28,763 bases of DNA from a virus. Taxonomy: Duplodnaviria > Caudoviricetes. The stretch lies in IMG/VR virus record IMGVR_UViG_3300011339_000353, positions 1 through 28,763 of that record. One strand, written 5' to 3'. Both the position numbers and the translations under genes were made by a program. Under the pieces are notes generated by a model, which worked only from the letters and a program-made list of their open reading frames with translations, had not been told where the DNA came from and made no database searches. Positions 1-7,009 of the stretch are shown here, in pieces; within the stretch, counting starts at the first letter, position 1; each line of letters starts with the position of its first letter.

Positions 1-249
1 TGCCGCAGTTGATATCGATTCATATGGCCCACTTGGAGTCATTATTGGTTTGCCTGTGGTTCGCCTATGCAGATTTTTTTGTTCCATTTTATATCCAGGC
101 TTTTGGCATGTTATGTACCTACGAAGAGTATTCATTGCAATACCCAAAGCTTCGGCAGCTTGTGTAAGTGTGGAAAATTCTCCAATAGGCGTTATAATTT
201 TTTTACCATTTTGTTCGCGATTGCGTTTGGTCAATGTGGCCATGTAAGT
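1..249. repeat. Terminal direct repeat / circular overlap, left copy
   Basis: Identical to 28515-28763 except position 61 (T vs A at 28575) and position 188 (G vs T at 28702). Confidence 0.97.
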
Positions 250-528
250 CTCATCCTGAATCAGCAATTGTTGATGTTCTTTAATTTTCTGAATCCGAGC
301 AGGGTCTTTTGCCAAAGCACGATTACGATCTGTTGTTTTTTTAAGCCAATCCTTGTTTTCTTTGGCATTTTTTTGTGCTCCATTGCGTTGCTTTAATTCC
401 CAAGAGTCATCACGAGTGGAATGATATAATTTGCTGGCCATTGATCTATTGATAAATTTTTCATCTTTTTCAAACAGTTTAGCACTGCGCTGTTGATCAA
501 GTATGGTTTGAATATTTGCGGAGTCCAT
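1..528 (-). CDS. 5' part of a junction-spanning ~217-aa protein with two NUMOD1-like HTH repeats (homing-endonuclease-associated DNA-binding type); continues at 28389-28514
   Basis: ATG at 528 directly after the stop of 530..1390. Manual translation MDSANIQTILDQQRSAKLFEKDEKF...QDETYMATLTKRNREQNGKKIITPIGEF is open and in frame with the ATG at 243. Missed by the ORF track because it runs off the end. Confidence 0.8.
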   Translation of the reverse strand, partial: MDSANIQTILDQQRSAKLFEKDEKFINRSMASKLYHSTRDDSWELKQRNGAQKNAKENKDWLKKTTDRNRALAKDPARIQKIKEHQQLLIQDETYMATLTKRNREQNGKKIITPIGEFSTLTQAAEALGIAMNTLRRYITCQKPGYKMEQKNLHRRTTGKPIMTPSGPYESISTAA

Positions 529-529
529 A

Positions 530-1390
530 TCAACCTTTCACCTGCAGATAATTAGTTTTCCAAATATCTTTGTAATTTGCAGGATAGCGAACCATGTCCT
601 TGGTCATCTTTTCAACAAGACTGAGATTGCGTTCTGTAACATTGTCCCAATTGGGCCAGCACCATTCAAGGATTTGTTGTTTGGATGTGGTGGTAATTGT
701 GGGCATGAATTTTTCACAGATTTTGCCATTCAACACAACATCAGCAACATAACCCCATAATTCCTTGTTTTCCATTTCAATTTCTTTGTATTCAGTGCGT
801 CGACGAATAGCATGTAGATCAGTGGCTTTGCTGGATTTATTGGAAGTGGGATCCATTGCTGACACTTCATTAACAGTGGGCAGGTGTCTGTTGGTTAAAA
901 TAATAAAAGTCACATGATCAAGTGGCACCGAAAATCCAGCACTGGAATCAGACCCAAAACTTTCAATTGCCTGAATTTGTAATTCAGTACAGAAACTATA
1001 CAGGCCTCGAGCCACTTTGCCATATTTTAATGCTCGGGTGCTGTCAAACATTTTTTTAGTAGTATCAACATTTTTATTTTCAAACAACACATCACAGTCA
1101 TCTAACACCACTGTTATTGGTGCACCACCAGCCAGATAAACTGCTGTGGCTATTTCAATAGTAAATGCTGGCATACTGGCTGTGCCAGCAAAAAACAGTG
1201 GCTTGGTTGACATTGTGCTTAATGCCAGTTCTGTTTCATAACTCTTGCCCAAGCCGGGCATGCTACTAATAATGTAGTTGGCCTTGAATGGATTGTTAAA
1301 CAATGCCTCATGAATTTGAGTTTGTAAAACTTGTCTATGCACTTGGCCTTTGTTGATACAATGAAGTTGGTCTTGATCAAAAATTTGCAT
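530..1390 (-). CDS. P-loop AAA+-type ATPase
   Basis: Walker A SSMPGLGKS, Walker B VVLDDCD, sensor-1-like FIILTN, arginine-finger-like AIRRR. Confidence 0.75.
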   Translation of the reverse strand: MQIFDQDQLHCINKGQVHRQVLQTQIHEALFNNPFKANYIISSMPGLGKSYETELALSTMSTKPLFFAGTASMPAFTIEIATAVYLAGGAPITVVLDDCDVLFENKNVDTTKKMFDSTRALKYGKVARGLYSFCTELQIQAIESFGSDSSAGFSVPLDHVTFIILTNRHLPTVNEVSAMDPTSNKSSKATDLHAIRRRTEYKEIEMENKELWGYVADVVLNGKICEKFMPTITTTSKQQILEWCWPNWDNVTERNLSLVEKMTKDMVRYPANYKDIWKTNYLQVKG

Positions 1391-1391
1391 T

Positions 1392-1583
1392 TCAGTTGCT
1401 CCCTAGAAGCGTTGTTAATATGTTGTTAGTATAATATAAGCCGTTTATTTTGTCATTCTGTTTGGCAATGTGTTGTTTTTCAGCAACGGTGGCAGATCTT
1501 GTGTGGTTAATTGATCTTGGGTAGCCCTGAGGTGCTGGCTGTGCAAAAAGCCACTCAGAGGCGTTGTAAGTCATTGATTTCAT
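1392..1583 (-). CDS. Hypothetical protein (63 aa)
   Basis: ORF packed between neighbours in the minus-strand operon; no motif recognised. Confidence 0.55.
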   Translation of the reverse strand: MKSMTYNASEWLFAQPAPQGYPRSINHTRSATVAEKQHIAKQNDKINGLYYTNNILTTLLGSN

Positions 1584-1603
1584 TGAGGTTTTTGAGGCGT
1601 TTT

Positions 1604-1825
1604 CTAAGATTTTGAGTCAGGGACCCACCGTGATCTTGCCAATTCAGGATGTTTCAGCAACAACCAGATCCAAGACTCTTCTGTGATGTAGAATATCAGG
1701 CTGTCTGAATTCATATCCCAGACATCTCTATGAATGCTGGCAGCGATCAAGCCCATAAAAGGTTCAGCACCCATTTCATTGATGGCCTGTCTTGTGAACA
1801 CCACACTCATTGGAGTCTCAGTCAT
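1604..1825 (-). CDS. Hypothetical protein (73 aa)
   Basis: ATGA overlap with the methylase stop codon. Confidence 0.65.
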   Translation of the reverse strand: MTETPMSVVFTRQAINEMGAEPFMGLIAASIHRDVWDMNSDSLIFYITEESWIWLLLKHPELARSRWVPDSKS

Positions 1826-2610
1826 AGCATTCTCTGGTGTATAAAGGCAGCATAGTCTGGATCTATTTCGGTTCCAATAGCTTCACAGCCAAACTCCTTT
1901 TCAGCCACCCATAAGGTAGTACCGGTGCCAGCAAAGGGATCATACACCCGGTGTGTGTTGTTGGCTCCTGCCATTCGCAAACAATGACGCACCAGTTCCC
2001 TGGGAAATATGGCTGGATGCTTTTTGTCGCCTTTGAGTTCTTGAGTTCGGTTGCCCCCAAACGATCCACAAGTTTCGTAAGGTATGTGCCAGTTGTTCAC
2101 CGTGGGTCTCCAATTGCGGCCAGTGCGTCGTTCATTATCAGCAGCCCAGGCAGGTTGATATGGCACGCTGGATGCGGCTATGTCTATTTCAGTCAGACCT
2201 TTGGATGTAAAGTGGAACATCATTTCGTGTCCGTTTGGCAAATACTTCTTGCTGGCAGTGACTACTCCATGTCCTCTTACATGGCCATCTATCTCAATAC
2301 ATTTTGACCAAACAATACTGTTTTGTATGGTCCAGGGCACTGAGTCAGCCACACGATACGGCAGCAATGGATCTCTGCGTGTGGGAGATATGTTCAGAAA
2401 CAGGTGTCCTGTGGGCCGGAGTATTCTACAGGCTTCTGTCCATATCAGTTGTTGCCAATCAAGATACTGTTGGGCAGTCATCTTGTCGCCATAGGTGTTG
2501 TAGTTTAGGCCAATGTTGTAGGGCGGGCTTGACACAATGATGTCTATGCTGGCATCTGGTTGTGTGGTCATCCAGGTCAGGCAGTCTTGTTGGTGTAGTT
2601 GATAGGTCAT
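1822..2610 (-). CDS. Orphan DNA amino-methyltransferase (N4-C/N6-A, beta class)
   Basis: Catalytic motif IV SPPY near the N-terminus, HPAIFP, and SAM-binding motif I DPFAGTGTT near the C-terminus. Likely start MTYQLHQQDCL at 2610 (ATGA overlap with the upstream gene). Confidence 0.93.
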   Translation of the reverse strand: MTYQLHQQDCLTWMTTQPDASIDIIVSSPPYNIGLNYNTYGDKMTAQQYLDWQQLIWTEACRILRPTGHLFLNISPTRRDPLLPYRVADSVPWTIQNSIVWSKCIEIDGHVRGHGVVTASKKYLPNGHEMMFHFTSKGLTEIDIAASSVPYQPAWAADNERRTGRNWRPTVNNWHIPYETCGSFGGNRTQELKGDKKHPAIFPRELVRHCLRMAGANNTHRVYDPFAGTGTTLWVAEKEFGCEAIGTEIDPDYAAFIHQRML

Positions 2611-2969
2611 ACAACAGGCTTTCGTTTGTGCTTGGGTCCTGTTTGTCCACGAGCAAACTTCACAACCCATGATCTACGCACATGTTCATGTCTGGGCACA
2701 ATGTCCACATTGTCTCGGCTCCAGGGCAGGTCATAGTTGGTTCGAGTCATGCACAGCTCTTCACTGGCTCTGCCTCTATGTGCCCAGTCAGTGCCCCAGA
2801 TCTCCACAAAATCTTCAAATGGCATCGCCCAACCTTCTTTTCTAAAGTTAGCCTGTGCTCGTTGTCGTAGCCATTGAGTGTACTGTTCATGTCTTAAGGG
2901 ATCAGTACCTGATTTCCACACATGTGGTCTGAGTCCTGTGCCTTTGCCTGTTCTGTTGTTGGGTATCAT
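2607..2969 (-). CDS. HNH-like (beta-beta-alpha-Me fold) putative endonuclease
   Basis: QRAQANFRKEGWAMPFEDFVEIW...RGR...LCMTR...PWSRDNV..V matches the pattern of 23741..24175 (FELTFEEW...MCRHNDTGPYKLGNI). Confidence 0.6.
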   Translation of the reverse strand: MIPNNRTGKGTGLRPHVWKSGTDPLRHEQYTQWLRQRAQANFRKEGWAMPFEDFVEIWGTDWAHRGRASEELCMTRTNYDLPWSRDNVDIVPRHEHVRRSWVVKFARGQTGPKHKRKPVV

Positions 2970-3009
2970 ATCATGTCCTGTGTTATAGTTAGGTGTTTAA
3001 ATTTGTGAA

Positions 3010-3651
3010 TTATTTTTTAATCCAATTTTCTATTGTGTCCAAAGCACTCCAGTTGCCATCATTAAAATTAAATCTCAAAAGATCTTGGTATAGTTCTTGC
3101 TCAAACTCTTTCCATACAAATTCTACTATTCTATTATATCGCTGACAATCTAAATCTGCAGTTGGCTGGCCACACCAGGAGATTAAATGTTTGTTAACTT
3201 GTGGCCATATATTCTTGAGAAATTTTGGCCAATTGTTTTTTAAGATGTTATCTAGATCAAAGATTGATTCAATCACATAAGTTTCATCACATGCTATCTT
3301 GTGTGAATCATCACACATCCAAAATCTTAACTCAGTGTTTGCTGATTCAGATTCTAAACAATCTCCTTGATAAACTGAGATGCCAATGCTGACTTCATCT
3401 ACGATATGAATAAAGTGATCATATCCAAAAGGTTCTCCTGTGTGACAGTATTCAACTCCCGAATCATCTAGCACATGACCATCTGCAATCCAGTGGTATT
3501 CTTGTTGTAGTATTTTTACAGGCCAAAATCCATTGCGTAGTATTTCAATAAATTCAAACTTTTTGAAGTCAGATCGTAGTTGTTCAATGCTTTGTTTTTG
3601 AGTATTCATAAGATCTATTACACTATATGCTATTGTATGTGTTATTAGCAT
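3010..3651 (-). CDS. Hypothetical AT-rich protein (213 aa; alternative start 3609) whose first 14 aa are identical to residues 92-105 of the polymerase
   Basis: Long ORF. Starts with MLITHTIAYSVIDL encoded by the 41-bp repeat. Visibly more AT-rich than the structural genes. Confidence 0.75.
   Translation of the reverse strand: MLITHTIAYSVIDLMNTQKQSIEQLRSDFKKFEFIEILRNGFWPVKILQQEYHWIADGHVLDDSGVEYCHTGEPFGYDHFIHIVDEVSIGISVYQGDCLESESANTELRFWMCDDSHKIACDETYVIESIFDLDNILKNNWPKFLKNIWPQVNKHLISWCGQPTADLDCQRYNRIVEFVWKEFEQELYQDLLRFNFNDGNWSALDTIENWIKK
3611..3651. repeat. 41-bp perfect direct repeat, copy 1
   Basis: agatctattacactatatgctattgtatgtgttattagcat, identical to 4411-4451. Confidence 0.97.
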
Positions 3652-4724
3652 GATTGTTCTATGTCAATTTCAAATCTAGTTTGATTTGCTATGTGTTGTT
3701 TCAACTCAGAGAGATTGACCTCTTGATCAGTTGACCAACCATCATGTTCACAAAAGTATTTGATACCTCTTTGATCCAAATAAACTCTAACTGAGTCAAG
3801 CACTTGTCTTTCAAGATCACGATACAGAGATGACTTTCGTTTTGAACTAAATGCTATTCGTTTGACAACTCCGTTCTTGTCTGGTTTGCCATATCTAGGA
3901 GGTAATGTAGGAACAATGTATTGCCAACAAATCTTGATGTCCTCAATCAGACCTCGAACAAACTCATGTTGTTTAAGGTATTCAATTCTAGCATGATCTC
4001 TTTGTAATTCTTCAAATGATCTTCCTTGTGTATTGTGAGATATTTGGCCTCCATTAAACAAGCCATTGATCAATCTTTTGATTACATCACTATCTACTTC
4101 TGCACCTGTTGCCAGTTGGTCTCTAATGACTTTTCTATCTCGAAGATATCTGCGTAAGTTAAACAAATAAAGATCCATTGGACCTTGCTTCCATTTTTGA
4201 TTGTCAATAACTTCGGGTATTTGTTGTGCATATTGATGTATCAGAGTAGGCATTGCACACACTATGTCATAGTTAAAGTGATATCCTTGTTCAGCAAGCA
4301 ATTGCTTTTTGGATTCTCTTGGATAGTTTTGTATAGGATGATATAGCCTACTGCTCTTTTCGTTATATTCAAAATTGCCAGTTTCCAATTCAGTTTGATG
4401 TTGGCGACTGAGATCTATTACACTATATGCTATTGTATGTGTTATTAGCATTGACTTTAATTCATCAAATCCCTGTTGATTCAACACATAACTTTTGCAT
4501 TTGCCTGTGTGCATGTTATAAGTGGGATCTATCTCAACCAGTAATTTCTCACGCAGAAACTTACTCAATTGATTGCCTGACATGCCAAAGTTGTCTTTGT
4601 GATCAATCCATCTTGTGGATATCCATTGAGATTTGTCAGCCCTTAGGTATTTCTCACAGAACTTGATTGATTTGGCAAGTCTATCTTGCACTCGTGAATC
4701 ATTGAAGTTTGGAATATAACTCAT
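3645..4724 (-). CDS. Minimal family-A-like (TV-Pol-like) nucleic acid polymerase with an N-terminal putative DNA-binding domain and no exonuclease domains
   Basis: SSRLYHPIQNYPRE resembles the PolA TGRLS..PNLQNIP motif. Motif A YDIVCAMPTL, motif B R...K.LINGLFNGG, motif C CEHDGW. Only 359 aa. Confidence 0.72.
   Translation of the reverse strand: MSYIPNFNDSRVQDRLAKSIKFCEKYLRADKSQWISTRWIDHKDNFGMSGNQLSKFLREKLLVEIDPTYNMHTGKCKSYVLNQQGFDELKSMLITHTIAYSVIDLSRQHQTELETGNFEYNEKSSRLYHPIQNYPRESKKQLLAEQGYHFNYDIVCAMPTLIHQYAQQIPEVIDNQKWKQGPMDLYLFNLRRYLRDRKVIRDQLATGAEVDSDVIKRLINGLFNGGQISHNTQGRSFEELQRDHARIEYLKQHEFVRGLIEDIKICWQYIVPTLPPRYGKPDKNGVVKRIAFSSKRKSSLYRDLERQVLDSVRVYLDQRGIKYFCEHDGWSTDQEVNLSELKQHIANQTRFEIDIEQSC
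4411..4451. repeat. 41-bp perfect direct repeat, copy 2 (in the linker of the polymerase gene)
   Basis: Identical to 3611-3651, exactly 800 bp away. Confidence 0.97.
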
Positions 4725-5131
4725 TCATCATCCCCAAACAAGTTGTTGTAGTTGGTAGGTGGTGGTAGTTGTGCCTGTGGAACCATGTCAATCTCGTTGC
4801 CAGTTCCTGCAAACAATCTATTCCAGCGACCCAGCATGCCTGATGGGATGTCATGTCCTTTTTGCATTTGCGTACTCATGTCACCAATGATGTCCAGTGC
4901 TGAGTAGTAGCCACCAGTTTCTTTTCTTTTGAAGTTGGGCAGTGGTGATGTGATAGCTGCCATAGATTCAGAATCTTGCAGGGCTAGATTGCCCAGTTCC
5001 TGCAAGCATCTATCTATGTGTTGTTGAGTACGAGATCTCTCTCGGGGTGATTGTTTAAAATACTCTGTTGAAAATTTACGCCCGTTAATGGGATCCATTT
5101 TGCGGCGTGAAGTATAACCAAATTTTGCCAT
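4721..5131 (-). CDS. Hypothetical protein, first gene of the replication/early operon
   Basis: Strong SD (AAGGAG-atagaa-ATG). The stop overlaps the polymerase start (ATGA). Confidence 0.85.
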   Translation of the reverse strand: MAKFGYTSRRKMDPINGRKFSTEYFKQSPRERSRTQQHIDRCLQELGNLALQDSESMAAITSPLPNFKRKETGGYYSALDIIGDMSTQMQKGHDIPSGMLGRWNRLFAGTGNEIDMVPQAQLPPPTNYNNLFGDDE

Positions 5132-5152
5132 TTCTATCTCCTTGTTCAGTAG

Positions 5153-5185
5153 TATTTAGTATAGCACAAGTGTCATTATATACAA
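5153..5185 (-). promoter_or_regulatory. Overlapping sigma70-like promoter (TTGTAT-16-TATACT, extended -10 TGTGn) and TAAATA motif
   Basis: Minus strand ttgtat ataatgacacttgtgc tatact aaatac, upstream of 4721..5131. Confidence 0.6.
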
Positions 5186-5206
5186 ACTGAACTGGAGACA
5201 TTGCCC

Positions 5207-5232
5207 AAAAAAAAGCCCTGGGAATTCAGGGC
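5207..5232 (-). terminator. Rho-independent terminator after the 41-aa ORF
   Basis: Minus strand gccctg-aattcc-cagggc followed by T8. Confidence 0.85.
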
Positions 5233-5262
5233 CTAAACTTCATAGATTCTTGCAAGGGAGAT

Positions 5263-5388
5263 CTACGGTTTTGTAATTTCTAATTTGGCAATTAGAGTTT
5301 GTGCTTCTTCTAAATTTAGTAAGGCACCAACTAATTGACCTTTGTTGTTTTTAACATACCACCAATTGTTTAATTGAATTAGTTTCAT
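5263..5388 (-). CDS. 41-aa small protein in its own transcription unit (MKLIQLNNWWYVKNNKGQLVGALLNLEEAQTLIAKLEITKP)
   Basis: SD AGGGAG-atagaa-ATG, consensus promoter upstream and terminator downstream; below the ORF-track size cut-off. Confidence 0.75.
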   Translation of the reverse strand: MKLIQLNNWWYVKNNKGQLVGALLNLEEAQTLIAKLEITKP

Positions 5389-5420
5389 TTCTATCTCCCT
5401 TGCTTGTTTAATATGTATGT

Positions 5421-5449
5421 ATTATAGCAAGAATCCAGTTGTTAGTCAA
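5421..5449 (-). promoter_or_regulatory. Near-consensus sigma70 promoter TTGACT-17-TATAAT with extended -10 TG
   Basis: Minus strand ttgact aacaactggattcttgc tataat. Confidence 0.85.
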
Positions 5450-5460
5450 CAGTTTTGGAC

Positions 5461-5492
5461 AAAAAAATCCCCCAGTGACAGCTGAGGGATTT
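5461..5492 (-). terminator. Rho-independent terminator closing the candidate ncRNA
   Basis: Minus strand aaatccctcag-ctgtca-ctgggggattt running into a T7 tract; a U-G wobble favours the minus-strand RNA. Confidence 0.8.
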
Positions 5493-5653
5493 AGGGGCGG
5501 GAGTTTTTAGGAAACTTCTTTTTGTGGGTTATTACAAAGGTGTAGGGCAGTCATGAGCATGACTTAAAGGACTAGAAATGGCGGTATCTATACGGGATAA
5601 AAACATGCACCTCCCAACCGGGGTTGGGTCTTGAACAGGAATTTCTGCCCTAC
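5461..5653 (-). ncRNA. Candidate structured small RNA (~190 nt)
   Basis: Lies between TATAAATA (5659-5666) and a terminator. 9-bp closing stem gtagggcag/ctgccctac (5645-5653 with 5542-5550). Internal hairpins cccaac-cccg-gttggg and agtcat-gctc-atgact. No convincing ORF. Confidence 0.6.
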
Positions 5654-5658
5654 GCAAA

Positions 5659-5666
5659 TATTTATA
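5659..5666 (-). promoter_or_regulatory. TATAAATA late-type promoter motif for the candidate ncRNA
   Basis: Exact T4 late-promoter consensus, 5 nt before the RNA closing stem. Confidence 0.6.
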
Positions 5667-5702
5667 CACCAGGTGAGAAAAACCCTTTTTTTTTTATGTG
5701 CT

Positions 5703-5708
5703 TAAATA
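5703..5708 (+). promoter_or_regulatory. TAAATA motif for the only plus-strand gene
   Basis: cTTAAATAtgatcATG, 5 nt before the ATG at 5714; no SD. Confidence 0.5.
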
Positions 5709-5713
5709 TGATC

Positions 5714-6157
5714 ATGAACCCAGATGAATTTCGCCGACGCATCGAGCAGTTGGCTCGCGTACAATGGAGAACAGCAGATCAACCTGCTGCCACAGGCAGA
5801 GCCTATAGATTTACTGCTGACCACGGTCCTGGTGCCACCATTGATGAACTGCGTCTAACTCCTGCTAAATGTCCTGATTGTAGCATTATCTGTACACAAA
5901 ATCCCCGACGACACTTTCAGAAAAGATCACATGGCTGGATAGAACGCTGTCAGGAATGTAGATTGTGGAGAAATCCTGAAGGCACATTTGGCGACTTGCC
6001 CTACAAAAAAATAGGCAGACCTATGAAATCCAATGACTCGCAAACCAACCCAGTGAACTCAGCAGAATGCCAATCACTGCCCATTGAGCACGATGCCAAT
6101 GATTCATGCTCTGATCCTGTTGAACTTGAAGATCACGATGAAGACCTTGAATCATGA
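5714..6157 (+). CDS. Zinc-finger (CxxC...CxxC) protein, the only credible plus-strand gene
   Basis: CPDC and CQEC pairs, basic middle region, acidic tail. Start 5714 (or 5708) preferred over the TTG at 5624. Confidence 0.65.
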   Translation: MNPDEFRRRIEQLARVQWRTADQPAATGRAYRFTADHGPGATIDELRLTPAKCPDCSIICTQNPRRHFQKRSHGWIERCQECRLWRNPEGTFGDLPYKKIGRPMKSNDSQTNPVNSAECQSLPIEHDANDSCSDPVELEDHDEDLES

Positions 6158-6272
6158 TCTTGAGTTCATCCATGTCCTGGGTCATGCGATCCAAGCGATC
6201 ATTTAGGGCTTGGTAACGCAATTCACAGATTGAAACATGAGCGTCTAGACTTGTGCGTTCAATTCCACTCAT
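6021..6272 (-). CDS. Holin-like / XhlA-like membrane protein (coiled coil plus C-terminal TM)
   Basis: MSGIERTSLDAHVSICELRY..., heptad region, TM WAVIGILLSSLGWF. Last gene of the tail operon; TAATG overlap at 6272. Confidence 0.6.
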   Translation of the reverse strand: MSGIERTSLDAHVSICELRYQALNDRLDRMTQDMDELKIMIQGLHRDLQVQQDQSMNHWHRAQWAVIGILLSSLGWFASHWIS

Positions 6273-7009
6273 TATACACTCGCAATAATACTTGAGGGCA
6301 AGGTAAAGTTTGCCGAACCTGAATTGGTTCCTGTATAACCTCGGTTGGTGCCTGAATAAACTCGCAAGTCCTGTATCCAACCCGTATAGTCGTTTGAATC
6401 AACAGAACTGAATTGAGCAATGTGCAGTGTGGTAAAGCCTGTGTTGGCTGTGTCCCAGGCACCTTTGTAGATGCCATCTGAATAGAATCTTCTTGTGCCT
6501 GAATCCAACACAATGGCCACATGATGCCAACCAGAACCTATGCCACAGTCATTTTGACTGGCAAAGGTAAATGTGCTGCCTGTGTTGATACCAAACAACC
6601 AACGACCATTTGTATCTGCTGAACTCAAGGCCCAGTTGGCATTGGTGGTGGCTGAATTGGCATAGAACCAGCCTTCCACTACATAGGAGTTTGATCCAGA
6701 AGTGGCATCAGGTAATGCTGAGGATAATGTGTAGGTAAGTGCTTGTTGACCACTTGTGTTGGTGCTTTTGACACTTTGCACATAGTTTGGACTTGATGTC
6801 CATTTCACTTGGTCAGTTGCCATGTCAGTGTTGGTGCCATCTGTCACAGTGGCTGATCCACCTGATCCACGAATACGCCAGGCAATGTCAGTCATGCCTG
6901 TTCTACTGCTGAATGGCACTGCTAGTAGCAGGTTGGCACTGTAGGCATCTGACCTATAGACCAATTGTCTTGAGCCTGCGTCCCAGGCTGTGTTAGATGT
7001 ACCCAACAT
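6272..7009 (-). CDS. Concanavalin-A/LamG-like lectin-domain tail protein
   Basis: YVVEGWFY...WHHVAIV...RRFYSDG...GWIQDLRVY...NFTLP is the typical LamG pattern. Confidence 0.8.
   Translation of the reverse strand: MLGTSNTAWDAGSRQLVYRSDAYSANLLLAVPFSSRTGMTDIAWRIRGSGGSATVTDGTNTDMATDQVKWTSSPNYVQSVKSTNTSGQQALTYTLSSALPDATSGSNSYVVEGWFYANSATTNANWALSSADTNGRWLFGINTGSTFTFASQNDCGIGSGWHHVAIVLDSGTRRFYSDGIYKGAWDTANTGFTTLHIAQFSSVDSNDYTGWIQDLRVYSGTNRGYTGTNSGSANFTLPSSIIASV

Noticed and set aside
1-249. End repeats as a DGR template/variable repeat pair
   Set aside because: Only two mismatches, no consistent adenine-specific pattern, no reverse transcriptase (no YxDD protein), and the copies sit exactly at the contig ends.
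530-1390. Calling the ATPase an SF3 helicase or clamp loader
   Set aside because: Walker A/B and sensor motifs are compatible with several AAA+ clades; cannot be resolved without a profile search.
3611-4451. 41-bp repeats as a CRISPR array
   Set aside because: Only two copies, 800 bp apart, with coding sequence between them; no cas genes.
5532-5606. 24-aa ORF MFLSRIDTAISSPLSHAHDCPTPL inside the candidate ncRNA
   Set aside because: GGAGG is close to the ATG (3 nt) and partly within a hairpin, and the peptide is featureless. Not fully excluded.
5624-5713. N-terminal extension of the zinc-finger ORF from the TTG at 5624
   Set aside because: Runs through promoter motifs and a T-tract; the ATG at 5708/5714 is more plausible.
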